A stretch of DNA of 62,943 nt, counting the filler, from Octopus bimaculoides (taxonomy: Eukaryota), in assembly GCF_001194135.2 (NCBI RefSeq). It is 7 parts of 7 records of this genome, joined end to end, with 100 filler letters (N's around TTAATTAATTAA, not from the genome) between each part and the next. Parts side by side here need not be neighbours in the genome. Positions count along the whole stretch, not along the records: positions 1 to 20,379 come from NC_068985.1; positions 20,480 to 26,409 come from NC_068984.1; 5 more parts are not named here. One strand, 5' to 3'. Position 1 is the stretch's first letter. Each line of letters begins with the position of its first letter. Made by a program: the position numbers and the translations under genes. Below are positions 11,976 through 25,229 of the stretch, in pieces. The notes beneath the pieces were generated by a model. That model made no database searches. It was not told the DNA's origin and was given only the letters and a program-made list of their open reading frames with translations.

Positions 11976-13509
11976 AGTGTATCATTTCTGTTGAATACAT
12001 TTGTCCTAAAAAAATAAATAATAAATAATAAAAAAAACCAATGCAGCATGAAATGCTTCCACTGGTCACACACCACAAGCTTCAATGGAACTTACTGACG
12101 CAAGCCAGCATGCTTGCAGCATTACCACAGGTGATGCCAAGGCTAAGGTGTTGGGAAAGCCAAGCATCCCTACAGACACCTGACACCTTGGTGAGGTTAG
12201 CTACCAATCGCTGTCCTTTTAATGGAGCCATCTTTAGAATAAATAAATTAATAAATAAATAAATAAATAAATAAATTTAGTGTTTTAAAACCTGATTAAA
12301 AAAAAGCATATTTGTTGAAATTTTTGTATTGTTAAAGTCCAACTGTTATCATCAATCATTGGGGGTTCATTTGAATAATGGCTTATTTACTTGAGCGAAG
12401 GTCAAATAGTGTACATTTTTGCGTCATATCATCTTTACTATTTCCCACTTGAATTTTGTTCTGTTTGGTTTGAAATAACATGATAAAACTTAAAAGATGC
12501 TTTTTTTTTTTTTTTTTTGTAATTAACATTTGTCTATATATGGAAAAAAAATATTCATTCCATAATCATTATCCTTGTCGTTATCATCATCCCCATCATC
12601 ATCATCATCATCATCAATGTCATCGTCATCACTGTCATCGTCATCGTTGTGATTATTGTCATTGTTGTTGTTGTCTCGTCATCATCATTGTCGTTGTTGT
12701 CATCATCATCATCATCATCATAATTTTACATCTCTGTTTTAAGTGAGCTTCTTCTAGCATATTGACAGACCGGTCACTGGTCAATCTTATATACACAAGT
12801 ACTATAATCTTTTTAGGATCTCCCAAAAAAATTTTTGCTGAGCCTTCTGATTCTTTTAATGTGCTAGTTTCCTGGTATTAAATTGATATTAATTAATATC
12901 GAATTTTTACCATATTATGTTAATTAACCACATAATCACATTTCTCAAAGTTGGTAAATTCAAAGCAGAAATTATTTTCTGCAGAGATATTTTCCGGATT
13001 CAGCGCACCAAAACTAAGACTTTTGAATTTTAATCTTTATAATGGATAGAATCACATNNNNNNNNNNNNNNNNNNNNNNNNNNNNNNNNNNNNNNNNNNN
13101 NNNNNNNNNNNNNNNNNNNNNNNNNNNNNNNNNNNNNNNNNNNNNNNNNNNNNNNNNNNNNNNNNNNNNNNNNNNNNNNNNNNNNNNNNNNNNNNNNNNN
13201 NNNNNNNNNNNNNNNNNNNNNNNNNNNNNNNNNNNNNNNNNNNNNNNNNNNNNNNNNNNNNNNNNNNNNNNNNNNNNNNNNNNNNNNNNNNNNNNNNNNN
13301 NNNNNNNNNNNNNNNNNNNNNNNNNNNNNNNNNNNNNNNNNNNNNNNNNNNNNNNNNNNNNNNNNNNNNNNNNNNNNNNNNNNNNNNNNNNNNNNNNNNN
13401 NNNNNNNNNNNNNNNNNNNNNNNNNNNNNNNNNNNNNNNNNNNNNNNNNNNNNNNNNNNNNNNNNNNNNNNNNNNNNNNNNNNNNNNNNNNNNNNNNNNN
13501 NNNNNNNNN

Positions 13510-14682
13510 GATGTTTGTACATTTACAGATTTTTATTAATGTCACATATTAAATAAAGCGCTTTTCACCTAGTCGTGTAGGATTTTCAAATTGTTTTGAG
13601 AAGACCTTGCGGAGGGTCTCTTTATATAGTTTTATTGAGTGTGTAGGGGTGGAGAGAGGGATACATAGGATAGTAAGAGAGGGTGAGGAAAAGTGAGAGA
13701 GAGAGTGTGTGTGTGTGAGTGTGTGTTTTTTTGTGTTGGTGTGTGTGTCTGTGTGTGTGCGTGTGTGTGTCGATGGGAAAGAGAAAAGAAGAAAATTGGG
13801 TTCATAGCTGGTTAGATCAGAAGATCTACGAACATTCCACAACATCCTCAACACACTGCACCCATCTATCCACTTCACAATAGATACCAACTACAACAAA
13901 CTCCCCTTCCTAGACATCAACACCAAGATACACAACTCCATCGTTACAACAGACATCCACTACAAATAAACCGACACACACCAATATTTAAATTNNNNNN
14001 NNNNNNNNNNNNNNNNNNNNNNNNNNNNNNNNNNNNNNNNNNNNNNNNNNNNNNNNNNNNNNNNNNNNNNNNNNNNNNNNNNNNNNNNNNNNNNNNNNNN
14101 NNNNNNNNNNNNNNNNNNNNNNNNNNNNNNNNNNNNNNNNNNNNNNNNNNNNNNNNNNNNNNNNNNNNNNNNNNNNNNNNNNNNNNNNNNNNNNNNNNNN
14201 NNNNNNNNNNNNNNNNNNNNNNNNNNNNNNNNNNNNNNNNNNNNNNNNNNNNAAAACAAAGAAAACATCATCCCTTTCATTAACACACACAACCCTACAA
14301 TCACCAACATGTTTCACATTATACACTCAAACCTACCAATAATCCAACAAAGCCCCAAAATGGAAAACCTACTAAACAAACATTGTATAAAAAACAGTAA
14401 ACGCCAAGAAAAAAACTTAAAGAAACACCTAACAAGAGCAAAATTCTCAGCAGAGAATAAAACCGAATTCTATGTAAAAGAGTGTGGAGATGGTAGATGT
14501 GGAACCTGCAGCAACCCCATCTACAAATATATAGAGGGGAACAAACAGATAAAATTTAAGAGTCGTCACACATTCAAAGTAAATGCAGACATGAACTGCA
14601 AGACGCAGAATGTAATATACTGCATGAAAAGTGTTTTATTTAATATGTGACATTAATAAAAATCTGTAAATGTACAAACATC
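13510..14682. repeat. 58-bp inverted repeat pair (13510-13567 / 14625-14682)
   Basis: 13510-13557 is the exact reverse complement of 14635-14682 (48/48); the next 10 bp match 8/10; left arm truncated by a gap. Confidence 0.9.
13810..14630 (+). mobile_element. Penelope-like element fragment (RT C-term, linker, CxxC, GIY-YIG start)
   Basis: FHNILNTLHPSIHFT...LPFLDI...TTDIHYK*TDTHQYLN; after the gap TTITNM...KRQEKNLKKHLTRAKF...CGDGRCGTC...MNCKTQNVIYC. Confidence 0.88.
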
Positions 14683-14743
14683 CAGATTTCTGAGTACCTT
14701 AATTTTTTTTTCTATATAATTTCTGTACATCACCTCCAAACCT

Positions 14744-14795
<52 letters not shown>

Positions 14796-14835
14796 GTCTA
14801 CACACACACACACACAAATATTTATATATGTATGT

Positions 14836-15023
14836 ATGTTAAATAAAATGAGACAACATATCCAAGTCAGTGTTAAATTTCTAGGACATTTATAAAGAGA
14901 AATGTAGTCTTACAGCTGTTTCAAGGATATGAAAGATATCCTTTCATCAGAGACGATATGAAAGAGTTAAATAGAGGGAAATTTCACACAGCTTTTGCTT
15001 TGTTGTCTCATTTTATTCAACAT
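14836..15023. mobile_element. 188-bp cassette with 23-bp terminal inverted repeats, flanked by TA-rich microsatellite-like sequence
   Basis: atgttaaataaaatgagacaaca (14836-14858) vs tgttgtctcattttattcaacat (15001-15023), 22/23 complementary. Confidence 0.75.
14907..14954 (-). ncRNA. Minimal type-I hammerhead ribozyme motif
   Basis: Minus: GTCT-CTGATGA-AAGGATAT-ctttc-ATATCCTT-GAAA-CAGCTG-TA-AGAC; full core, 8-bp stem II, palindromic stem III (ACAGCTGT), GUA cleavage triplet, 4-bp stem I. Confidence 0.85.
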
Positions 15024-15188
15024 ATATATGCTCATACATGACCTGAATTAGACCCCCCCACTCATACTGTTATCAAACCAGGAGTCCAGCTATGGTCTTT
15101 CTGTAGCACTTACATGGCCTTACCTGCCACCTTGGGTCTTCTGGATACCAAAACCTCTCATAGGTTAGTTGAAATATGTTTGTGGCAT

Positions 15189-15676
15189 ATTTCAACTGCT
15201 AAAAGGAAAATTCACTGCAGTTATCATGGAGGAAATTTTCTCTTATGGTAAAATGGTGTAAAAACATCATATCTGCCCAGTGATACTATCTATCAGGATT
15301 CCCAGACACCAGTGTTTCTAGCTCCTTAGCTGTTATCAATGGGAAATACCTAAGAGAGGTAACTTTGGACAGACAGACCTTATTAAAGCTTATAGCTTTA
15401 GCTAAAATGCAGTCAACAACATTGACTGATTTGTGCCTATAAATTGCCAGATCATGGGAATCACAGTAATATTAGTGCAAAACAGTGTTTAGGCATAAGC
15501 AAAGTTTATATTAGTTAAAATACGTTCATGACATTTCAACTGCTAAAAGACAAATTCACTACAGTTACTGTGGAGAAAATTTTCCCTTATGATAAAAAGG
15601 TGTAAAAACATCATATCTATCCAGTGTCCGCATCTATCAGGATTCTCAGACACTGATGTCTCTTGCTCCTTAGCTG
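15189..15676 (+). repeat. Diverged 144-bp direct duplication (15189-15332 / 15533-15676)
   Basis: atttcaactgctaaaag...ctccttagctg present twice, offset 344 bp. Confidence 0.85.
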
Positions 15677-16269
15677 GGTTCCATTCTTTACCAAACACCA
15701 GACTGCAGCCAAGAAATTGGAGTAAATTTTGTTCTGGAAGATCAATCCTGAAGTCAGAAAGCGCAATTTGAAAAGATAGTGTCTTCAACAAAAGCATCAA
15801 GTTTTAACTTCTAAAATCCTGGATCTAACCAATAGTGTTGTACATCATGAAGTTTCATATTTGATACAAAGCAGGGTAAACACTTTAGTTCAAGGAGACA
15901 ACCTCTGTCTTCCCTATGATATCATCTTGATATCCATGAATACAATACCAAAAATGAAAAAGAAATAGAGGATACATGGACTCCGTGAACCACAACAAAG
16001 ATAGTCTTTCTAGGAGAGCAGTAACTCAAAAGGAAAACTGATACCAGACTGAGGAGGTAGTTTAACCCTGAAGAAAAGTCTTTCTGGTGCTGACAGCCTT
16101 ATAAAGGCACTTAATCCATGCTACGAAGTTGCATGCAAACAACTATAAATCCATGTCAAAATAAAATATACAACAGAGATTGATAGTTTTCTCTTACTGT
16201 ATGTAAAATGATGAAAGACTGTGCTCAAACTATTTATCCCATGCAGCCATTGACAAAAGTGGTCATAAA

Positions 16270-16445
16270 ATGAGGATGATGATGACGATGATGATAAAGA
16301 CGACACCAATCCTGGTGATGATACATTGCTGCTGATGATGATAACGATGCCAATGACAACAATGATGATGATGGTGATCATCATGATGATCATGATGAGT
16401 ATAATCAGATGATGATGATGATGATGATAAAGATAATGATGAGGA
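16270..16445. repeat. (GAT)n-derived low-complexity tract
   Basis: Direct reading. Confidence 0.9.
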
Positions 16446-17119
16446 AATTGAGGAAGTGAAAGAAAAAGAAAACAAATATCAATAGACAATAATCAATATC
16501 AGAAAAAGGATGACGAACAGTTTCCAGTAAACCTAAAGAGGAAACTTAATCGATTGTATAAGAGCTTGTTTTATGTTAACCATTGTTTGTGATATTTTCT
16601 CATGCTTTATTACTCTTGCTGATTAAATTAGTTGTCTCTGCCTTAGTAGATCTATAATACTGATGCTTTATTATTATATTTGTTGATTAAAAGTGTTCAG
16701 CCTCTGCAGATATGTGATATGTGACTAGTCAGCCTAGAAACCTAATATCGCAGATACACAGATAGCATGTCTTGTAAGCTTCTTTCAATTGAACTTCAGC
16801 ATTTGATTAGTGTTGAAGCCAAGGCCATTTCAAGTACATTGTGTTGTTCCTAACATTAGTAGTAAAAAGGGTGGTAGTGGAGTATTCGGCCCCAGGCAAT
16901 TCTTTATTTTTATGGGAGCAGCATTTTTGGGCCTGCTGTATAAGGAAGGGGACAATAACCTCAAAGGCTACCCTGGGAAGCACACAATCTAGTTATACTA
17001 CTGTCCAACATTTACATTTAAAGGCATGTAATTTCCACTTTAAAGGAATATTTGATGGTTACATTGAGGAGGTCACGTTTGTTTGAATACATTCTTCAAA
17101 CAGTTTATAGAACTCCTGC

Positions 17120-17310
17120 TAGCACATTCGCTTAAAAGGCCAGAAATAACAACCAAATCTGCCTCAAATTAAGCCATACTATTGTCAGGAAAAGGGCAGG
17201 GCACACTGAGTAATGTAGACCTAGTGATATAATGTACCTAGAGAGAGATGGATCACTTTTAATCATAGATCTGCTCAGTCAGGGTTGACCAGGTGTTAAA
17301 TTACAAGTTT
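17120..17310 (+). mobile_element. SINE fragment (family C: ...gaaataacagccaaatct...taatgtagtcctag...gggctgacc tail)
   Basis: Shares motifs with 56460-56560 and 61735-61862. Confidence 0.55.
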
Positions 17311-17334
17311 TGGTACAGGACCAGTAGTTCTAGG

Positions 17335-17525
17335 GGTAGGATGTAGTTGATTACATCACCCACCCCTTCCCCAAATGCCCAGTTGAACTTATTTTATCGA
17401 CCCCCAAAAGGATGAAAGATAAAGTCAATCTTGGTGGAATTTAAAATCAGAACATAAAGAGTTGGAAGAAAAGCAGCTAAGCATTTTTTCTGGTGGGCTA
17501 ATAATTTTGCCAACCTTGTTACCTT
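17335..17525 (-). mobile_element. tRNA-derived SINE family A
   Basis: Reverse complement of the 23973-24183 consensus (gactttgcctttcatcctttcggggtcgataaa core). Confidence 0.75.
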
Positions 17526-17744
17526 TTTGTGTTAAATAACAATAACAATTGCAAGGCAGGAAGACTTGGAATATTTTGGAATCAGTTATGCACTTGATTC
17601 CTCAATTCTTAGCAGTTCTATATAACAATTGCACCATTATTTTAGGTAGTAGGCTAGGAAAAGTAAAAAACCTACAGGAGCTTTAAAAACAAAATAACTG
17701 AGCCATAAAAAATCAGAAGCAGTTTACAAGAAATTCATCATCAT

Positions 17745-18050
17745 CATCATCATCATCATCATATCTCGGTTTTCCATGCTGGCATGGATTAGACAGTTTG
17801 ACAAGAGCTGGCCAGCCAGTGAGCTGTCTAGATCCCAATTGTCTGTTATGGCATGGTTTCTATGACTGGATGCCCTTCCCAATGCCAACCACTTTATAGA
17901 GTTTACTGTGTGCTTTTAATGTGCCACTGGCATGAGTGCATTTTGCATGTCACCAGCACCTGTTGAGGTCAAGCCTGTATGTATGGATGGCTGTGATTTT
18001 ACTTAGCTTGATGTGTCTTTTCATGTATAGCAAATTGCCACAACTCCCAG
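17745..18050 (-). mobile_element. RTE 3' end with (GAT)n tail
   Basis: (CAT)n, ttccatgctggcatgg, ggatgcccttcccaatgccaaccact, ttacttagcttgatgtgtctt (ORF end, similar to EKTRQAK*). Confidence 0.8.
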
Positions 18051-19439
18051 TCATAAATATGGGACAAGTAAATCCAAAGGAAGAATCTGAATCTTCAGCA
18101 AAAATAACAGAATAAAACAAAAATACCAAACATGTTGAGTGACTATATGAAAGCTGCCCTTTTGGCTCTTTTCATTCTAATTCAAGATGGCAGAGGAGAC
18201 CCAAATAATGAGTTGGGTTGGATGATGCAATGTAGCTTATTTTGTTCAATTTATGCTGGTACTTAACTTTTTTTTTATTTCTCTATAAGATAAGGCTCAA
18301 TTGAGGAAATGACTCACATTAAATTAAAAACAAACTAAAAGGGAATGTTGAGCACAATGCAAAGAAACAATCACCTTTAATAACATCACTAGAAAATTAG
18401 TATTGTACCTAATTAGAAAAGCAATTGATATTTCTCTAGATATTTCTGACGGTTTAGTTAACAAATGATGAAGAAGAAATATAAAGGTGTCCACGAGCAT
18501 ACTTGATGCAGTAAACTAAGACATTTTAATTTAATTTAAATTATGCTCTAAGTTATGAAAACAAATAATTTGCTAAATAACGAATTCTGGTGAAAAAAAT
18601 ATAAAAGAGCTAGGTAAGACAACTCTGATAGTCTTGTTTATTCAAAATTATTTTTGAGCCATTACTTTTTTTGATTTCTAGTGTGCATTTTCGCTTATTT
18701 TTCTTCTTACCCCCCTCCCCTTACATTTCCACGTGTAGTTTCTATTTTGTTTTTGTAATATATTTCTATTATATATATATATGAGTGTGTGTGTGTGTGT
18801 GTGTGTAAACTTTATTCACATGTAAATACTATTTCGTGGCTTTTATTGCTACCTAGTTGGCCTTTACCCATGTGCCAATACTTTATCTAAGTTAGCTGTC
18901 TGGAACCTTTATGCTGTCAGTTCTCTATCTCCTAGTGTCTCTTTGACATCCTTCAGTAAAGGATTTTTATTGCTAATCCTATTCACCTTCCTTTTCTCTT
19001 TTTTTGTCCTTCTACTTCTATAATCCTTTTTCTTTTTTTTTTTCAACTGGCTATTTCTTCTGTGGCTAGTTTTATAACTCATTTGCTAATCTCCAAGTGG
19101 CAATGTGAACAATGTAAAGGTAACAAGGGCCTAAAGATGAGCTAAGCTGGTTTTGTGTTAGTTACAACTTACGTAAACAGTTTCACTTTGCCATGAAACT
19201 TAGTAATCTGTGGTTTACCTGTTCCATTCCTTATTTTTATTTTTACTTTTATTTGCATTCTTAAGAACTTTAGTTGCTAAACCGTGAGTTGTAGGCCGAC
19301 TGTCAGCTTATTGAACTTCCTTTCAATTATAATATTAGAAGAAGTATATAACTTACAAAGTTAATAAACATGTTTTATCACACTTTGTCAACTTTTTGTC
19401 ATCTGTACTAGCTGTATAAATGTTTGAAGCTCACTAACT

Positions 19440-19780
19440 TCAGGCAGAGATAATTGTTGCTGTACTATTCTGCAAAACTAGCCTGAGCTTCAGTACTTTA
19501 TCGCACACTTTGACTACCTCTATGATCTCATCCACCCATTTCTCTGCAAGAAGTATGCCCACACCAGTTATTACCTTCCAAGAAGATTTTATACTTATGT
19601 GTCTTGTCTGTGTGGAAGTTGGCTGAAGCTCCCACCACCTTATCTTGTGAATGCAACATGCATCAACATACCTCCGTTTAAGCATCTCAACAATCTCACC
19701 AAACCCACCTTTCAATGCGCCTATACTGACAAGGCCAACTCTGAGAACTGGAAAAGGGATGTGAAGGGAACATAGGAAGG
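19440..19780 (-). pseudogene. RTE endonuclease N-terminal fragment, older copy of the element at 1-285
   Basis: LKGGFGEIVEMLKRRYVDACCI...GVGILLAEKWVDEIIEVVKVCDKVLKLRLVLQ...IISA then truncated. Confidence 0.88.
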
Positions 19781-20047
19781 GGAGATGGTATTCAGCACCT
19801 GAAAAGAAGGTTTCAATGAGCATTTGATAAGACATGTCACATCAGTTGTTCTCACTTTAATCTACCATCATTCAATCATGTTAAAATTGCCCCTTTTGGG
19901 AGTGAGTGTAATACAGGCATTGTAAATATAGGTGTTATTGCTGCAAACATAAAAGGGACAATGTTTAAATTAAGTAAAAAAAAAACCCAGCTATTGGTTA
20001 AAACAATAAAAAGAAAGAAAAGAAAAAAATAAGTAGATATAAACAAA

Positions 20048-20148
20048 TACTCTTTTACTTGTTTCAGTCATTTGACTGTGGCTATGCTGGAGCACTGCCT
20101 TTTTAGTCGAGCAAATCGACCCCAGGACTTATTCTTTGTAAGCCTAGT
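20048..20148 (-). mobile_element. SINE family B 3' tail, interrupted at 20149
   Basis: ttgtttcagtcatttgactgtggctatgctggagcac...aaatcgaccccaggacttattc; reverse of 21900-22010. Confidence 0.75.
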
Positions 20149-20379
20149 GGATCTATTTTAAAACGGGGGCCACAGTATTTTCTTAACGAAACACTTTGAA
20201 ACTTGGAACACTGGTAGAATGTGTCATATAAAACATCTTTTTCTCTTAGTCTTCTTAAAAAAAAAAGAAATCCCTAAGTTATTCCATGTTAAAGTTGTCG
20301 TATTTCTGTAATTTCAACCAATCACTGACGTCCATTCAGCCGATATACATTAAGTGCCGACTACATAAACAAACGATTC
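20149..20379 (+). mobile_element. GGATC-terminus non-autonomous DNA element (related to 26510-26856), runs into gap
   Basis: Starts GGATCTATTT; 20184-20249 matches the reverse complement of 26756-26821. Confidence 0.7.
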
Positions 20380-20423
20380 NNNNNNNNNNNNNNNNNNNNN
20401 NNNNNNNNNNNNNNNNNNNNNNN

Positions 20424-20435
20424 TTAATTAATTAA
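20424..20435. other. Assembly stuffer TTAATTAATTAA inside 100-bp gaps (also 26454, 30466, 42282, 52015, 59007)
   Basis: Identical palindromic six-frame-stop 12-mer centred in six fixed-size N gaps; artefact. Confidence 0.92.
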
Positions 20436-20479
20436 NNNNNNNNNNNNNNNNNNNNNNNNNNNNNNNNNNNNNNNNNNNN

Positions 20480-20511
<32 letters not shown>

Positions 20512-20514
20512 ACA

Positions 20515-20567
<53 letters not shown>

Positions 20568-20574
20568 TGGAGGT

Positions 20575-20755
20575 GTCCACACACTTTCTGTCTACCAAAT
20601 TCACTCACAAGACATTGATGTACTCGGCAGTACTTTAGTAGAAAACACTTGCCCAAGGTGCCGCGCATTAGAAGTGAATACAAAAAAGTAAACACATTGG
20701 GACACAAAAGCACGTGGTTGCAAAGCGAGCTTCCTAACCACACAGTCATACCGGA
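20575..20755 (-). mobile_element. SINE family B 5' half (tRNA head plus core)
   Basis: Minus: gactgtgtggttaggaagctcgctttgcaaccacgtg...gcggcaccttgggcaagtgttttctact...ttgtgagtgaatttggtagac. Confidence 0.75.
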
Positions 20756-21379
20756 ATTTTTTTTTAAGTAGATCAAAAGCATTAATTATCCTTACACAGG
20801 ATAAATGGATACAGGATTTGGTAACAGGATAAATAGATACAGATTTGGGAATTTTTACTGCATGGTAATCATCGGAAACTTGGAACCAGTCAGGATTTTG
20901 GACTTGAGGAGAATCTTGTGCGAAACTATTATGCTGTAAGTTATTGATTGTGGCCAACATTTATCTGTTTTTTTCCAAATCCCTTTGATTTGGCAGCAAC
21001 AGCAGTCTTGTCAGTTCTTTCACGAACTGTCAAATTCTTGTAAATTGTTGAAAATACATAGATGCATATATATGCATATGTGCATACATATGCATATAAA
21101 ATGACATATATACATACATTCATAAATGCTTAAGTACCTACACAGAGACTTAAAAGTATACATGTGCAGGCGTATTTTAGTCGCATATGTACATATACAT
21201 ATACATACATACCAAGCACTATAGCATGTATTTTCTGATTTTTGGCAAAGTGAATTGCGTCTTGGTGCTGTTTTTCTCACAGACGGTGCCCAACTGAACC
21301 TACTATACTGTGTAGTCAACAAAATCAAAAACAAATAATGCGCTTGCATGAAATTAAAAATACAAAATTACGACAATTT

Positions 21380-21615
21380 ATTCGTCGCACCCTGTATGTA
21401 TGTGTATATATATATATATATATATATGTATATACACACACACATGCATACCCTCATGTAAAATTATATACACACATATATGTGTGTGTGTGTTTGCATA
21501 TATATGTATATAACACATATAAATACATATATGTATTCACATGTGCAAACGTATGTATAATTTATATAACACATGCATACACACGGACATTGATATAGTT
21601 ATGCATATACAAATG

Positions 21616-21646
<31 letters not shown>

Positions 21647-21664
21647 GCATGTGTATATATACAT

Positions 21665-21739
<75 letters not shown>

Positions 21740-22717
21740 TATACTTATACATAAGTTCATACATGCACATACATACTAAGTCATACATACGCGTTTGTTC
21801 CCCACCACTGCTTGACAACAAGTGTTGGTGTATTTACATCCCCACAACTTAGCAGGTCGCTAAAAGACACCGATAGAATTACTACCAGGTAAAAAAAAAA
21901 AAGAAAAAAAGAATAAAGAAACTGCGGTCGATTCTTCCGACTAAAGTTCTTTAACGTGATGCCCCGGCATGGCCGCAGTCTCATGACTGAAACAAGTAAT
22001 AGATTAAAAGAATATATTTACACACACCCACACACACACACACACATATGTACATATAAACATACATCCACAGACATCGTGGTGCATATTTACTCACATA
22101 CATACATGCATACAAACGTATTATTTACGTTGCATATATGCTTATATATGTATAAAAAATGTATTTCGACATATAGACACACGTTCACGAAATGAATGGT
22201 TGCGTAAAGGATGACGAAAAGAACGCATACACCTCTTACAAATCAAATCTGCCCGCCCTTTTTATCTTCTGTCCGAATTGTCTTTCCTTTACGGTTTTGC
22301 TACCAAGCAGGTGACTGGTCAAAACAAATTTTGTCTGCAATTAGGTAGGGTAAAAATACACGTAAACACATACATGCACATACATACACATGTACATATA
22401 TACACATACACACACATACATGCATACACATGTACGTATATATATATATTTACATATATACATATATACATATACATATGTACACACATGCGTAAATATG
22501 AATATAAATGTACATATATATGTGTGTATACACAAGCATATATATTCATATATGGTTTATATGCATACATACATTATGCGTACACTCATACACACGTACA
22601 TACACACAAACATATACACACACATCCATGTATACACATGTACGTATATATATATATATATATTTACACCTATACATATATATAGACATGCATATATATC
22701 TATATAAATGTACATAC

Positions 22718-22766
<49 letters not shown>

Positions 22767-22970
22767 TATCTATATATGGTTTATATACATACATACGTTA
22801 TGCATACGCTCATACACACATACATACATACTCACATACATACAAACACGTACTTAAAAATATACGCGTTCATGCATGCACATATATATACACGCATACA
22901 TACATACGTACGTACATACATACATACATACATACATACATACATACATACATACATGAATCTTTTATGT
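21380..22970. repeat. Long compound TA/CA/TACA microsatellite field containing a SINE B tail (21790-22012)
   Basis: Direct reading; tail ends gcatggccgcagtctcatgactgaaacaagtaa. Confidence 0.9.
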
Positions 22971-23089
22971 AGCTCCATCTAAAATACTATTGTCGGTTCT
23001 CAATGATCGTCATTGATTTTTTTACTTCTTTCAGTAGAATTGGAAATCGAATTTTCTTCCATAAAACTCCTTTTCAAAGATATAGAATA

Positions 23090-23113
23090 TTTATTATTAT
23101 TATCATTATTATT

Positions 23114-23182
<69 letters not shown>

Positions 23183-23351
23183 GCTGTCATCATCATTATT
23201 ATCATTATTATTTTGCATCTGATTTCAACTTTTACATACAGTTTTTTCGCTCCGTAATTTAAGGACAAAGTTATAAGAACCTCTACTTGAACAACAGAAT
23301 ATTGATCATCATCGTCGTCGCCATCATTGTCATTATCATCATCCTGATCAC

Positions 23352-23400
<49 letters not shown>

Positions 23401-23465
23401 GTTATTATTTTTATTATTATTATTAGTAGTAGTAGTAGTGGTAGTAGTAGTAGTAATGTTGTTGT
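23090..23465. repeat. (TTA)/(TTG)/(TAG) trinucleotide arrays
   Basis: Direct reading. Confidence 0.95.
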
Positions 23466-23830
23466 TGATTTGACTCTGGTTCTGCCTTTTTCCTGGTAGG
23501 ATTTACGTAGTTAGCGGGTTACTACCTGTAACCTTAGGTATCCACAAGTTCTCAACAGTCTTTCAAGTGCTTAGAACCCCACTGATAATGCTTCCTGTCC
23601 CTAAGTAGCAAACTTTCTGTAGAAGCTCTACACGACCTGCTATTCCAGTCTCCTTCGACTATTTGCTTATATCTTTACTTACAGTTCCCAGTGCACCAAT
23701 TATTATAGACACAACCTTTACAGCTTTCATATTCCAAATTCTTGCAATTTCAAATTTTAAAGGATTGCATTTTTTTTCGTCCTCTTTTTTCTGTCCTGGA
23801 ATAAAACGGGCATGATGGACACCATTAGTA
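23465..23830 (-). mobile_element. R4/Dong-type LINE 3' fragment between triplet arrays
   Basis: LKFEIARIWNMKAVKVVSIIIGALGTVSK...VELLQKVCYLGTGSIISGVLST*. Confidence 0.85.
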
Positions 23831-23841
23831 AACAAATTTGC

Positions 23842-23941
<100 letters not shown>

Positions 23942-23972
23942 GTCATCATCATTATCATTAGTATAATTATAA

Positions 23973-24564
<592 letters not shown>

Positions 24565-25229
24565 CATTATTATTATTATTATTATTGATGCTCCTATTTT
24601 TACCGTATTGAAAGTGTTTTACGTAGGATGTGTGCGGTGCCTAGTAGTACTATTTTCTGTATGTCATATATATTTGTTAACCTGGTGATTTGCTATGTAT
24701 TTGTCCGAATATTATTTTTTTATTATACCTAATGCGCCTACTGTGGAGAGGAATTGTTTTCTAAAAGGCTCCACATTCGAGTTGCCTCATTTTCCAGATC
24801 TTTGTATTTTGAAAGTTTCTTCATTTATTTTAGAGAAACTTTGTCATCTTTTGCTATTGATACATGGATTAGAAAGCACTTTTTAAAAAATTTATCTCGA
24901 ACAAGCAAAGCTTCCCAGTAGCACTGCCAGGTCAGAAAATTTTGGAAATTATCCATCAGAAATTATTTGGCCCGAAAGTTCTCCGGAAAAAACGACTAGC
25001 TGATCTTCCCAAGGTCTCCCCAAGAACGCCGTCGCACTTTTCTTCCACTAACCCTGTATAAAAAGCTGAAGTGGACGTTCCACTTATAATAATAATGATC
25101 CTTTTTAGCAGTAACTCACTGAACAAAAATGAGACGCTTGAAGGAGTCTGGAGTTAGTTTGTCCACTTTCAATCTCTCGCATTCTATGTTCACTCTACCC
25201 GCATATGTGGTAAAGTATTCATCATCACT

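Noticed and set aside
19097-19125. WQCEQCK|GTAACA zinc-finger-like micro-exon
   Set aside because: Too short, weak splice signals; expected by chance.
20795-20940. Possible exons (DKWIQDL; IWEFLLHG...NYYA|GTAAGT)
   Set aside because: Weak or absent polypyrimidine tract, local 27-bp duplication with an in-frame stop, no recognisable protein.
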